From Longimicrobiales bacterium (lineage in GTDB: Bacteria > Gemmatimonadota > Gemmatimonadetes > Longimicrobiales > Gaopeijiaceae), in NCBI GenBank assembly GCA_029245345.1, contig JAQWPM010000002.1:29284-93283 (forward strand): a stretch of 64,000 nt of DNA, written 5' to 3'. The notes under the pieces are model-generated. The model saw nothing but the letters and a program-made list of their open reading frames with translations. It had not been told where the DNA came from and did no database searches. Both the position numbers and the translations under genes were made by a program. Shown here piece after piece: positions 1 to 10,092 of the stretch (position 1 is its first letter; each line of letters starts with the position of its first letter).

Positions 1-1607
1 AACTCATGCAGCGAACCTGGCCCGAATTCCTCACGCTCGAGTCGATTGGCGAAAGCTACGGCGGGCGCGAGATGTGGCTCATGACCATCAACAACCCGCG
101 GACCGGCGCCGAGTCGAGTAAGGCGGGGATGTTCATTGAGGCCAACGTGCACGGAAACGAGATCCAAGGTGCTGAGGTGGCGTTGTACACCATCTGGTAC
201 CTCATGGAGAACTACGACAGCATCGACGAGGTGAAACGACTCGTCGACGAGCGCGTCTTCCACATTCTCCCGACGGTCAATCCGGACGGGCGCGACTACT
301 TCCTAGACGGTACGGGTTCAGGAGCCAGGACTGGGCACATCCCGGTCGACTCGGATGGCGATGGACTGACCGACGAGGATGGCCCGAACGACCTCAACGG
401 CAACGGCGTGATCGAACAGATCCGCAAGTACGTGCCAGGCCAGGGGAGCTTCCGACTCGACCCGACCGACTCGCGGTTCATGCAGCCGGTGGGCCCAGGT
501 GAAACGGGCGACTGGGAGCTTCTCGGGTCCGAGGGCATCGACGACGATGGCGACGGGCGGACGAATGAGGATCCGGTCGGTGGTTACGACCCGAACCGAA
601 ACTACGGTGCGGACTGGCAGCCTAATTACATCCAGGGCGGGAGCATGGATTACCCGTTCCGGCTGCCCGAAGCGCGTGCCATCAACGACTTCATGGTGGA
701 ACGGCCGAACATCGCGGGCTTCCAGTCGTTTCATAATTCGGGCGGCATGATTCTGCGGCCACCGGGATCTGCGTGGTATGGCGACTACCCGGCGTCGGAC
801 ATCCGTGTCTACGACGAACTCGGGGAGACGGGCGAGCGCATGCTGCCGTATTACAACTACTATGTGATCTGGCGTGGGCTCTACACGGTCCACGGCGGCT
901 CGATCGACTGGACGAACGACGGCCTCGGCATCGTTTCGTTTTCGAATGAGTTGTGGAACAGCGGGCAGTATTTCAACAGCCCGCTTCTCCAGGAACAGCA
1001 GCGCGATCAGAACAGCCCGATCTCGGGTCAAAGTTCACGCTTCTTCTTCGACGATCTCCTTGAGCACGGCGACGAGTACGTCGAGTGGGCACCGTTCGAT
1101 CACCCGGAGTACGGGCAAGTCGAGATGGGTGGCTGGAAGAAACTTTCCGGTCGGGTGAACCCGCGCTTCATGAGCATGGAGCTCTTCCATCGCAACATGG
1201 CGTTCACACTCTATCACGCCGACATGATGCCCATGATGTCGATGGGTGAGACCTCCGTCGAGCGTGTCGGCGGCGACCTGTACAAGGTCCGGGTGGACAT
1301 CACGAACGAGCGATTGATTCCGACGGTTACGGCAGAGGCGCGGGACAACCGGGTCGTGGCGCCGGATATCATCAACGTGTCCGGGGGTGTCGAGGTCGTG
1401 GCAGCGGGGTGGGTCGCGAGCAAGGTCCGCCCGGGTCCGACGCAGATGATCGACCAAAACGATCTGAATCGGATCATGATCCGGAGTGGGGCGCCCGGAC
1501 GTGTGACGCGCACGATCGAATACCTCGTGCGCGGCTCCGGGTCGATGACCGTCGAGTACGTGTCGCAGAAAGGTGGGACCGTGTCGACGTCACTGCAGGT
1601 ACGCTGA
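1..1607 (+). CDS. Zinc metallocarboxypeptidase, peptidase family M14 (5' end cut by window edge)
   Basis: Frame of ORF 6..1607 is open to the window start. It has the M14-type motifs VHGNEIQG (HxxE zinc site), NPDGRDY, YDPNRNY and FHNSGG, plus two Asp-rich DxDGDGxTxED loops. Confidence 0.8.
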   Translation, partial: LMQRTWPEFLTLESIGESYGGREMWLMTINNPRTGAESSKAGMFIEANVHGNEIQGAEVALYTIWYLMENYDSIDEVKRLVDERVFHILPTVNPDGRDYFLDGTGSGARTGHIPVDSDGDGLTDEDGPNDLNGNGVIEQIRKYVPGQGSFRLDPTDSRFMQPVGPGETGDWELLGSEGIDDDGDGRTNEDPVGGYDPNRNYGADWQPNYIQGGSMDYPFRLPEARAINDFMVERPNIAGFQSFHNSGGMILRPPGSAWYGDYPASDIRVYDELGETGERMLPYYNYYVIWRGLYTVHGGSIDWTNDGLGIVSFSNELWNSGQYFNSPLLQEQQRDQNSPISGQSSRFFFDDLLEHGDEYVEWAPFDHPEYGQVEMGGWKKLSGRVNPRFMSMELFHRNMAFTLYHADMMPMMSMGETSVERVGGDLYKVRVDITNERLIPTVTAEARDNRVVAPDIINVSGGVEVVAAGWVASKVRPGPTQMIDQNDLNRIMIRSGAPGRVTRTIEYLVRGSGSMTVEYVSQKGGTVSTSLQVR

Positions 1608-1630
1608 CGACCGATCGACGAATTGAATCA

Positions 1631-1667
1631 CGGGGTGGGTGTCTTCGGATGCCCACCCCGTTTTTTT
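1631..1667 (+). terminator. Rho-independent terminator downstream of the M14 peptidase gene
   Basis: CGGGGTGGG (1631-1639) pairs with CCCACCCCG (1652-1660) around a 12-nt loop, followed by TTTTTTT (1661-1667), about 23 nt after the stop codon. Confidence 0.75.
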
Positions 1668-1767
1668 GCCGACGCGCTCGACCTTACGCACGACCCGTTT
1701 CATGTGATCTTCCCGCTTGCTGGGCCGCCGGCCCGCTCCAACGCATCCCGTCCTCAGTTTTTCGTAA

Positions 1768-3561
1768 ATGGCTCTCATCAGCGCCCAAAACCTCCGTGTA
1801 GCTTTCGGGGGGCGTACACTCATGGAAGACGCCACGCTGCATATTGAGCGTGGTGAGCGGGTAGGCCTGTTGGGTCGCAACGGCGAAGGGAAGTCGACGC
1901 TGCTGAGCATCCTCGCGGGTGCTACTACGCCGGACGACGGAGTCGTCGTCTACGAATCCGGTCTGCGGGTCGCTCTGCTCGGCCAACAGATCGATGCCAA
2001 TGAGAACGGGACGGTGGACGAGGTCATCCGGGCGGGGCTCCGGGGCGGGGAACACCACGATCATCCAGTCCAACGGCTTTGTTCACTTCTCGAACTGGAC
2101 GGCGACAAGCCCTTCCAAGAGATCTCCGGCGGACAGAGGCGGCGTGCGCTCCTAGGCCGAGCGTTGGCCGCCGAGCCAGATGTGTTGCTGCTCGACGAGC
2201 CCACTAACCACCTGGACGTCGAGAGCATCGAATGGCTCGAGTCGTTTCTGATGCGATACCAGGGCAGCCTCTTTTTCGTCACCCACGACCGGGCGTTTCT
2301 GCAACGACTAGCGACCCGCATCGTCGAGTTGGATCGCGGCCGGCTCACCTCGTGGTCGTGCAACTACCCGACGTACCTCGAGCGCAAGGAAGAACTCCTC
2401 GCCAACGAGGACAAAGAGCGGGCGTTGTTCGACAAGGTGCTGGCCCGGGAGGAGGAGTGGATTCGCCAGGGCATCAAGGCTCGACGTACGCGTAACGAGG
2501 GGCGGGTTCGCGCGCTCAAGAAGCTGCGAAAAGAGCGGGCCGAGCGTCGGGAGCGAGCCGGTAAGGTGAACATGAGCATCCAGAGGGCGGAGCGATCCGG
2601 CTCGAAGGTCATCACAGTTGAAGGCGTCACCTTCGGTTACGACGATGAACTGCTCGTAGGAGGATTGAGCACCACGATCATGCGCGGTGACAAGATCGGT
2701 CTCATGGGCCCGAACGGGTGTGGGAAGACGACGCTTCTGAACCTCCTCCTGGGTAAACTCGAGCCCGACCAGGGCACGGTGAAGCACGGTGTCTCATTGG
2801 ATGTGGCCTACTTCGACCAACACCGAGAGCAGCTCGATGAATCGGAGACGGTCGCAAACACGATTGGCGCTGGGAACGAGTTCGTCGTTTTAGATGGCGA
2901 CCGGAAGCACGTCATGAGTTATTTGGCCGATTTCCTATTCTCGTCCGAACGGGCGAGAGAGCCCGTGCGAAATCTCTCTGGTGGTGAGCGCAATCGCCTC
3001 CTGTTGGCCCGACTCTTCACACAGCCGGCGAACGTCCTCGTGCTCGATGAGCCCACGAACGACCTGGACACGGAGACGCTGGAATTGCTCGAGGCGCGGC
3101 TTCTCGATTTTTCTGGGACCGTATTGGTGGTGAGTCACGACCGGACATTTCTAGACAATCTCTGTTCGTCTTCCCTCGTCTTCGAAGGCCTGGGCAAGGT
3201 GAAGGAGTACGTCGGCGGGTACTCGGACTGGAAGCGAACGGTGGCGCGCAGCGCAGCGCAGGCAACTGAACCGCCGCTCAATAAGCCGAAGAAGGGAGTC
3301 CCGGCGAGCGACGGAAATCGTACCGCCCCAGATAGGCACAAGAAGCTCTCCTACAAGGAGAAGAGGGAGTGGGAGATGCTCCCCGCTCGCATCGAAGCCA
3401 TGGAGACCGAGCTCCGGGGGCTGCATGACCGCATGGCAGACCCGGTCTTCTTCCAGGGCTCCCAGGACGAAACTCGACCCGTTCTCGAGGGCTCCGCGCT
3501 ACTGGCTCAAGAGATTGACGAAGCCTTCACGCGCTGGGCGGAGTTGGACGAGCGAAGCTGA
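1768..3561 (+). CDS. uup: ABC-F family ATPase (Uup-like), no transmembrane domain
   Basis: Two Walker A sites (GRNGEGKST, GPNGCGKTT), two ABC signatures (LSGGQRRR, LSGGERNR) and two Walker B sites (LLLDEPTNHLD, LVLDEPTNDLD). The inter-domain linker is charged and there is a C-terminal coiled-coil-like tail. Confidence 0.85.
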   Translation: MALISAQNLRVAFGGRTLMEDATLHIERGERVGLLGRNGEGKSTLLSILAGATTPDDGVVVYESGLRVALLGQQIDANENGTVDEVIRAGLRGGEHHDHPVQRLCSLLELDGDKPFQEISGGQRRRALLGRALAAEPDVLLLDEPTNHLDVESIEWLESFLMRYQGSLFFVTHDRAFLQRLATRIVELDRGRLTSWSCNYPTYLERKEELLANEDKERALFDKVLAREEEWIRQGIKARRTRNEGRVRALKKLRKERAERRERAGKVNMSIQRAERSGSKVITVEGVTFGYDDELLVGGLSTTIMRGDKIGLMGPNGCGKTTLLNLLLGKLEPDQGTVKHGVSLDVAYFDQHREQLDESETVANTIGAGNEFVVLDGDRKHVMSYLADFLFSSERAREPVRNLSGGERNRLLLARLFTQPANVLVLDEPTNDLDTETLELLEARLLDFSGTVLVVSHDRTFLDNLCSSSLVFEGLGKVKEYVGGYSDWKRTVARSAAQATEPPLNKPKKGVPASDGNRTAPDRHKKLSYKEKREWEMLPARIEAMETELRGLHDRMADPVFFQGSQDETRPVLEGSALLAQEIDEAFTRWAELDERS

Positions 3562-3681
3562 CGAATACCGGGACCTCCCGTCCGCCACTTGTCTCTGAGT
3601 CGGGTGGCTCCCACACTGCCCGCTCTCCCGGTGCCCTCACCGCTCCGGACCGCCACCCCGCGTCTAATCCCAGCGACTTTC

Positions 3682-5907
3682 ATGAGCCAGTCACCTTCGA
3701 TCATCTACACGTGGACCGATGAAGCCCCCGCACTAGCGACCCATGCTTTTCTTCCGGTCGTACGTGCGTTCGCTGCGGCCGCGGGGGTTCCGGTTGAGAC
3801 CCGTGACATCTCGCTCGCCGGTAGGGTTTTGTCGGTGTTCCCCGACTCCCTCGAAGAGGGGCAGAGGATCCAGGACGACTTGGCGGAACTTGGCCAGCTG
3901 GTGGAGACCCGGGAGGCCAACATCATAAAGCTGCCGAACGTCAGTGCCTCGATCCCTCAGTTGAAAGCCTGTGTCGCGGAGCTTCAGGCGAAGGGATATG
4001 GGCTCCCTGACTATCCGGACGAGCCCTCTTCGGACGAAGAACGTGCCATCCAGGCACGTTACGATTCCGTGAAGGGCAGTGCGGTTAACCCTGTGCTGCG
4101 ACAGGGGAATTCGGACCGCCGTGCCCCCAAGGCCGTGAAGGAGTTTGCGCGGGCGAATCCGCCGCGTATGCGGGCCTGGCCGAAGGTGTCGAAAACCCAT
4201 GTGGCCACGATGAGTGAGGGCGACTTCTGCAAGAATGAGAAGTCCGTCACGCTATCGACCGCGACGACCGCACGCATCGAGCACGTGGCAGACGATGGGA
4301 CCGTCACCGTCTTGATGCAGTCGCTTCCGTTGCTGGCAGGTGAGATCCTGGACGCCACGTTCATGAGCAAGGCGGCCCTCGTCGACTTCCTCCGGACAGA
4401 GATTGAGGACGCGAAAGAGCAGGGCGTGCTTTTTTCCCTGCACATGAAAGCGACCATGATGAAGGTCTCCGACCCCATCATCTTCGGGCATGCGGTTCGG
4501 GTCTTCTTCGAAGACGTTTTCGCGAAACACGGAGCCACCTTTGACGAGCTCGGAGTGGACGTGAACAACGGCTTCGGTGACGTGCTCGCGAAGATCGCGG
4601 AGCTACCGTCGGAGCAGCGATTCACGATCGAGGCCGACATCGCGGCGACCTACGATCTTCGCCCAGGCGTCGCGATGGTCGACTCGGACAAGGGCATCAC
4701 GAATCTGCACGTGCCCAGCGATGTCATCATCGATGCGTCGATGCCTCCCATGATCCGCGACTCGGGCGGCATGTGGAACGCAGACGGACAGCTACAGGAC
4801 GTAAAGGCCGTTATTCCGGATTCGAGCTACGCCGGCATCTACGACGGGATTATCCGGGACTGCCAGGCGAACGGGCAGCTCGATCCGTCTACCATGGGCA
4901 GTGTCCCGAACATCGGGCTCATGGCGCAGAAGGCCGAAGAGTATGGCTCGCACGACAAGACGTTCGAGATCGCATCGAGTGGAAGCGTTCGGGTCCTCGA
5001 CGCTGAGGGCACTCTGTTGATCGAGCATGTGGTTGAGGAAGGTGATGTATGGCGTGCCTGCCAGACTAAGGACGAGCCCGTGCGGGACTGGGTGAAGCTG
5101 GCCGTAAATCGTGCCCGTGCCACCGGGGTCCCGGCGATCTTTTGGCTCGACGAGAATCGAGCGCACGATGCCGAGATCATCGCGAAGATCCATGTCTGCC
5201 TGCCGGATCACGACACCGAAGGCCTGGACATCCAGATCATGGCCCCCGTTGATGCGATGACGTTCTCGCTCGCGCGCATTCGTCGCGGCGAGGACACGAA
5301 CTCAGTCACCGGGAACGTGCTTCGCGACTATCTGACGGACCTCTTCCCGATCCTAGAGATCGGGACAAGCGCCCGAATGCTGTCCATCGTTCCGCTCCTG
5401 AACGGTGGCGGTTTGTTCGAGACCGGGGCAGGTGGGTCCGCTCCGAAACACGTGCAGCAGTTCGAGGCTGAAGGACACCTCCGTTGGGACTCGCTTGGCG
5501 AGTATATGGCTTTAGCTGCCTCGCTCCAGCACCTGGGTGAGAACTTCGACAACGCGAGCGCGTTCGTTCTCGGTGACGCCCTGGATGCGGCAACTGCTGA
5601 GTATCTCAACAACGCCCGCTCACCTTCGCGGAAGGTGAAAGAACTCGATAACCGGGGCAGCACGTTCTACCTGACCATGTACTGGGCCCAGGCGCTTGCT
5701 GAACAGGCGAGGGACGGTGCGCTAGCGGAGCGCTTCGCCCCCGTGGCGTCGGCGCTTACCGCACAGGAGGCGACGATTGTCGCGGAGCTCAACGAGGCTC
5801 AGGGGCCCGCACAGGACGTTGGAGGGTACTATATGCCTGATGCTCAGCGAGCCGGGGCATCGCTCCGCCCTAGTGGGACGCTCAACGCGATCATTGAAGG
5901 ACTTTAG
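3682..5907 (+). CDS. icd: Isocitrate dehydrogenase (NADP), monomeric ~740-aa type
   Basis: The 741-aa product from ATG 3682 ([26 protein letters not shown]...) matches the characteristic N-terminus and length of monomeric IDH. The upstream 31 codons of ORF 3589 are Pro/Arg-rich and look non-coding. Confidence 0.9.
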   Translation: MSQSPSIIYTWTDEAPALATHAFLPVVRAFAAAAGVPVETRDISLAGRVLSVFPDSLEEGQRIQDDLAELGQLVETREANIIKLPNVSASIPQLKACVAELQAKGYGLPDYPDEPSSDEERAIQARYDSVKGSAVNPVLRQGNSDRRAPKAVKEFARANPPRMRAWPKVSKTHVATMSEGDFCKNEKSVTLSTATTARIEHVADDGTVTVLMQSLPLLAGEILDATFMSKAALVDFLRTEIEDAKEQGVLFSLHMKATMMKVSDPIIFGHAVRVFFEDVFAKHGATFDELGVDVNNGFGDVLAKIAELPSEQRFTIEADIAATYDLRPGVAMVDSDKGITNLHVPSDVIIDASMPPMIRDSGGMWNADGQLQDVKAVIPDSSYAGIYDGIIRDCQANGQLDPSTMGSVPNIGLMAQKAEEYGSHDKTFEIASSGSVRVLDAEGTLLIEHVVEEGDVWRACQTKDEPVRDWVKLAVNRARATGVPAIFWLDENRAHDAEIIAKIHVCLPDHDTEGLDIQIMAPVDAMTFSLARIRRGEDTNSVTGNVLRDYLTDLFPILEIGTSARMLSIVPLLNGGGLFETGAGGSAPKHVQQFEAEGHLRWDSLGEYMALAASLQHLGENFDNASAFVLGDALDAATAEYLNNARSPSRKVKELDNRGSTFYLTMYWAQALAEQARDGALAERFAPVASALTAQEATIVAELNEAQGPAQDVGGYYMPDAQRAGASLRPSGTLNAIIEGL

Positions 5908-5925
5908 AGGCCGAAAGGAGACTTC

Positions 5926-6518
5926 ATGAAAGATCCGTCCCTTACGCTCGGAGTCGAAGAGGAATACCCGATCGTCCATCCGGCGACTGGCGAGCTCAAG
6001 TCCTACATCACACAGATTCTCGAAGACGGGCATATCTCTGTCGAAGGGGTTAAGCCGGAGCTTCACCAGTCCGTCGTTGAGGTCGATCGCTCCGTATGTC
6101 AGACGCCTGCCGAGATCAGAGGTGAGCGTTACGGCGTCTGCGAAAGGTGGTGATCGACCGAGCTGCCAGGGATGGCCTGACAGTTCTTGCTGCGGGAACG
6201 CATCTGTTCTCGTCTTGGATGGATCAGGAAATCACCCCGCTCGAACGTTATCTCGGGGTGGAGCAGGACCTCCAAGATTTCGCCCGGAAGAACCTGATCT
6301 TCTGGATGCACGTTCACGTTGGTATCGAGGATCCGGAATTCCTGATCGATGACGTTCTGGACGACCTGGGCACCCGGGAAGGGGCTGAATACGTCTTCAA
6401 AATTCTGGAAGAAGGCACCAGTGCAGATCGGCAGCTTGCTACGTTTGAGCGTACCAGTGACCTGAAGACCGTTGTTGATCAGCTGGTGCTTGCGACAGCA
6501 GAGGGCATTGAAGCGTGA
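5926..6518 (+). pseudogene. Decayed carboxylate-amine ligase (glutamate-cysteine ligase family 2, YbdK-like): frameshift plus large internal deletion
   Basis: ORF 5926..6153 carries the GCS2 N-terminus (LTLGVEEEYPIV...ELHQSVVEV). ORF 6147..6518 continues in another frame (AAGTHLFSSW..ITPLERY..FWMHVHVGIED) and then jumps straight to a C-terminal-like tail (GTSADRQL...VVDQLV). Together they give ~198 aa against ~370 aa for intact family members. Confidence 0.7.
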
Positions 6519-6594
6519 TGGAACGAAGCCGCCTCTTTCGTGAAATAAGGGGCCTCCCCCCCACCAAACTCCAATAAGGCAAAGGCGAATCTTA

Positions 6595-8064
6595 ATGCAG
6601 CTCCGTCACGTTGACGCCGATACGGCCGCCCACGTCACGCCTCTTCTCGCCATCGGAATCACGAAGCGAGCAGACGCTTCTTCGGGTATGCTTGCGCAAC
6701 TCGATGCGGCACTCGGAGGCGCGATCACCGCCGCTGTCGAAGCGGGGGATCTGAAAGGGGGCGAGAAGGACGAGTTGCTCCTTTATGGTTCGCAAGATGT
6801 CGCGGCTCGGGTCGTCGTGCTGGGACTTGGGGACGCGGACGACGTGAATGGGGAATCCGTTCGACGGTTGGCCGGACGCGCCGTTCGAGTTGCTGAGCGG
6901 CTTGGCCTGAGTTCGCTGAGCATCTCTCTCGATGGTGTTTCTGGAATTTCGAAGGAAGTGGCGAGTCAATCGGCCGCTGAGGGGGCGTCTCTGGCCGCCT
7001 GGCGGTTCACCGAGCTCAAGGAAGAAGACCCGGACTGCACGGAAGTCACGGAAGTCGACGTCCTCGACGGTGATGCAGTCGCTGTCTCGGTCGGTGCGGC
7101 GATCGGAGCGGGTGAGAACTTCGCCCGCACCTTGCAGTCTCGACCCGGGAACGTCGCCACCCCGACCCACATCGCTGACGAGGCGGCGCGGATGTCGGCT
7201 GAGGCTGGCCTGAGCGTCACGGTCTTCGATGAGGCACGCCTGCTTCAGGAAGGCATGCACGCCATCCTCGAGGTCTCGAGGGGCTCTGCGGAAGAAGCCC
7301 GGCTTGTGGTCATGGAGCACCGAGGCGGCAACGAAGGTGACCCGCCGCTTGTGCTCGTCGGCAAGGGCCTCTCGTTCGATGCCGGAGGGATCTCCCTCAA
7401 GCCGCCGGGAGGCATGGAGGACATGAAGTTCGACATGTCCGGTGGAGCCGCCGTGATCGGGGCCATGCAGGCGATCGCCGCTCTAGGTGTCCAAGCGAAC
7501 GTCATCGGGATCGTTCCATCGGCCGAGAATATGCCCTCAGGGACCGCGGTTAAGCCTGGCGACGTCATTAGCACGTTGGGTGGCAAGACCGTCGAGGTCA
7601 TCAACACCGATGCGGAAGGCCGGCTCATTCTCGCGGACGCCCTGGCGTACGGCGCGAAGATGAACCCGGCGGCCATGGTGGATTGTGCCACGCTCACCGG
7701 AGCTGTGGTTATTGGACTCGGCCATCACGCCGCGGCCGTGATCGGGAACGACGATGAACTCATCGCGGAGATGATCGAGGCGGGCGAAGTCAGCGGCGAA
7801 CGCTGCTGGCAGCTTCCGCTTTGGCCGGAATACAAGAAACAGCTCAAGAGTACGACCGCGGACATGATGAACGTAGGCGGACGTCCAGGTGGGTCCATTA
7901 CCGCAGCGTGTTTCTTGTCCGAGTTCGTGGGCGATACCAAATGGGCCCATCTCGACATCGCTGGAACGGCTTACGGTGACGGGTCGGCACCTTACCTGAG
8001 AAAGGGCGGGTACGGGTTCCCGACTCGCCTCTTAGTCCAGTGGGTCAGGAGCCGCGCCGGGTGA
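6595..8064 (+). CDS. pepA: Leucyl aminopeptidase, peptidase family M17
   Basis: VGKGLSFDAGGISLKP and NTDAEGRLILADAL M17 signature blocks; 489 aa. Confidence 0.9.
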   Translation: MQLRHVDADTAAHVTPLLAIGITKRADASSGMLAQLDAALGGAITAAVEAGDLKGGEKDELLLYGSQDVAARVVVLGLGDADDVNGESVRRLAGRAVRVAERLGLSSLSISLDGVSGISKEVASQSAAEGASLAAWRFTELKEEDPDCTEVTEVDVLDGDAVAVSVGAAIGAGENFARTLQSRPGNVATPTHIADEAARMSAEAGLSVTVFDEARLLQEGMHAILEVSRGSAEEARLVVMEHRGGNEGDPPLVLVGKGLSFDAGGISLKPPGGMEDMKFDMSGGAAVIGAMQAIAALGVQANVIGIVPSAENMPSGTAVKPGDVISTLGGKTVEVINTDAEGRLILADALAYGAKMNPAAMVDCATLTGAVVIGLGHHAAAVIGNDDELIAEMIEAGEVSGERCWQLPLWPEYKKQLKSTTADMMNVGGRPGGSITAACFLSEFVGDTKWAHLDIAGTAYGDGSAPYLRKGGYGFPTRLLVQWVRSRAG

Positions 8065-10025
8065 ATCGACTCGGTAATCGTGCAGTGACGCCCCGATTCT
8101 GGAAACGGATCGGGGCGTTCGTACGTTCCGGAATGCTCGCATTTCTGCTCTGTGTGGTGGGGCTCTCGCGGGTGTCTGCTCAGGTGACTCCCCCGGATAG
8201 CACAGGCCTGCCAGCGGATAGTGCCCAACTGCTCCTCGATTCGCTTCGTGCCGACTCCCTCGGCTTGGATTCTCTCGCTGTCGTCGCTGTGCCCGATTCG
8301 GTCTCTGCGGACACGATCTTCTACAACCTCCCCGACTTCTCGGACGGGATCCCGGAAGGCTGGGAGTCTGGGGTCTGGGACTGGGACCTCAGCGAAATCC
8401 ACGCGTCCACCGCGAGCACGTTACCGGAGCTGATCGGTGAAGTACCAGGGCTCATCGTCCTCCTAGGCGGCGACTACGGTTCGCCGGCGTCCGTCACAGC
8501 GTTCGGGGCAGGAGGTGGCGGTTATCGGGTCTTCCGCGACGGTTTCGAAGTCTATGCTCTCAAGGGAGGAGTGGTCGATCTCGCTCGGATCGGCCTGGCC
8601 GGCATCCGACGTGTTCGCGTCGAGCGTGGCCTCGCTGAGGTGCGCATCGAGATGTGGTCCCATGAATATCTGGAGGGTCTCCCCTATTCGCTCGTGGAAG
8701 CTGGTACGGGTGATTTGGCGACCAACATGTTCCGGGGGACGTACGCGGATCCCACCGCCATCGGTGGAAGTGTGGCTCTGGGGCTAGAACGTTTGGATAC
8801 GCGGGGTCCGGGTGGAGACGAGTCTGGAGGTCGGACGGCCAGCTGGGTGCGATATCAGCTCCATCGTGGGGACGATGCCGGGTTGGCGATGGAGCTGCGA
8901 CGCGTCGGGACAGATAGCGATCTCGACATCTTCCCTTCGTCCCAGACTCGAACTGACTGGACGATTCGAGGTCGTGCGCGGCTGGCCGAGGGTGTTGTCG
9001 GTGAGGCGTACACCGGCAAGTCGAGCCACCTCGTCAGAGACGAGCGGGACGTCTATGAGCGAGAAGGCGGGAGTCGCACGCAGAGAGGCGTCCGACTGGG
9101 GCTCGAACGGTCCGGTGCCTGGGCCCGAGGCGAGTATCGGTCGTTCGGAGGAGACGACGTTCTTACGAGCCGACTCGACGCGCAGGGCGGCTTCCACCGG
9201 GCGGGTGTTGGTGGCTTCGCCGCCGATCTCTCGAAGGCCTCGTGGGCTGGTGAGTCGACAGCGGCCAATCGCATACGGGCGTGGACGGAACCGATCGGTG
9301 GCGTGCTGTCTCTGTTCGCTTCCAAAGAATCCGGGACTTTTGGGTTCCGAACCCTTCCGCTCCTAGACGTCGACCCCGCGGTCGATTCGACTGCTGTATC
9401 TGCTGAGAGTGAGACCGCGGAACCGTTTGATCCTGGTCGCCTTTTCGGCGTTACGGACCGAACGGGGACCCGCTACGGCGCCACTGTGTCACTCCTGGGT
9501 GCTTCTGTTTCTGGAGCACGCCTAGAGGTGCAGGCCGACTCGTTTGCACCCATCGGGCTTGCCCCCAACACGAATGGCTTGTTCCTGGAGGGTGCCACGC
9601 GGAAGGGATGGGAGGCGTGGGCCAGCCTGCCAACACCCATGACGGGTCTTCGCCTGCAGGGATCGTTGCAGCAGTGGGAAGAGCCAGGGGCTTACGTGCC
9701 CGAGCAGATCTACCGGGGTTCGTTCGATTTCCATCGGGTGTACAAGGGTGGAAACTTGGAGTGGTGGTGGACACTCGGCGTGCGCGGTCACGATCCGATG
9801 ATGCTCCCACTTCTAGGTGAGGAAGACGCGGAAGGCTTCGTGCCCCTCGAATCCGTCCCGTTCTACCAGAATTGGTACGCCCGCATGCAGGTTCGCATCG
9901 TGACCGTCCAGATATTCATCGCCTGGGACAATTTCTCGAGGCGGCCGGAGCTACAACATTATCCTGGGCGAGTGCTGCCGATTACACGGACGATGTACGG
10001 GATTCGTTGGACGATGTTCAATTGA
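8061..10025 (+). CDS. Outer-membrane beta-barrel protein with TonB-dependent-receptor plug-like N-terminal domain
   Basis: Signal peptide MLAFLLCVVGLSRVSAQV and a plug-like block LPELIGEVPGLIVL..VTAFGAGGGGYRVFRDGFEV..IRRVRVERG. The remainder is rich in alternating Gly/aromatic residues. The start is uncertain: GTG 8061 overlaps the pepA stop as GTGA, and ATG 8133 is the alternative. Confidence 0.6.
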   Translation: MNRLGNRAVTPRFWKRIGAFVRSGMLAFLLCVVGLSRVSAQVTPPDSTGLPADSAQLLLDSLRADSLGLDSLAVVAVPDSVSADTIFYNLPDFSDGIPEGWESGVWDWDLSEIHASTASTLPELIGEVPGLIVLLGGDYGSPASVTAFGAGGGGYRVFRDGFEVYALKGGVVDLARIGLAGIRRVRVERGLAEVRIEMWSHEYLEGLPYSLVEAGTGDLATNMFRGTYADPTAIGGSVALGLERLDTRGPGGDESGGRTASWVRYQLHRGDDAGLAMELRRVGTDSDLDIFPSSQTRTDWTIRGRARLAEGVVGEAYTGKSSHLVRDERDVYEREGGSRTQRGVRLGLERSGAWARGEYRSFGGDDVLTSRLDAQGGFHRAGVGGFAADLSKASWAGESTAANRIRAWTEPIGGVLSLFASKESGTFGFRTLPLLDVDPAVDSTAVSAESETAEPFDPGRLFGVTDRTGTRYGATVSLLGASVSGARLEVQADSFAPIGLAPNTNGLFLEGATRKGWEAWASLPTPMTGLRLQGSLQQWEEPGAYVPEQIYRGSFDFHRVYKGGNLEWWWTLGVRGHDPMMLPLLGEEDAEGFVPLESVPFYQNWYARMQVRIVTVQIFIAWDNFSRRPELQHYPGRVLPITRTMYGIRWTMFN

Positions 10026-10092
10026 CCGCTTCGCCCGTCCTCCACGCGACACGACCCAGGCATTACCTTATCCGGCTCTGTGGAGGCCTGAT

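Noticed and set aside
3589-3681. N-terminal 31-codon extension of icd in the ORF track (and similar upstream extensions for rpoZ, gap, moaA, nuoA, nuoB, PTP and UPF0182)
   Set aside because: The extensions overlap upstream genes or are Pro/Arg-rich. The conserved protein N-termini begin at internal ATG codons, several with upstream ribosome-binding sites or ATGA-type coupling.
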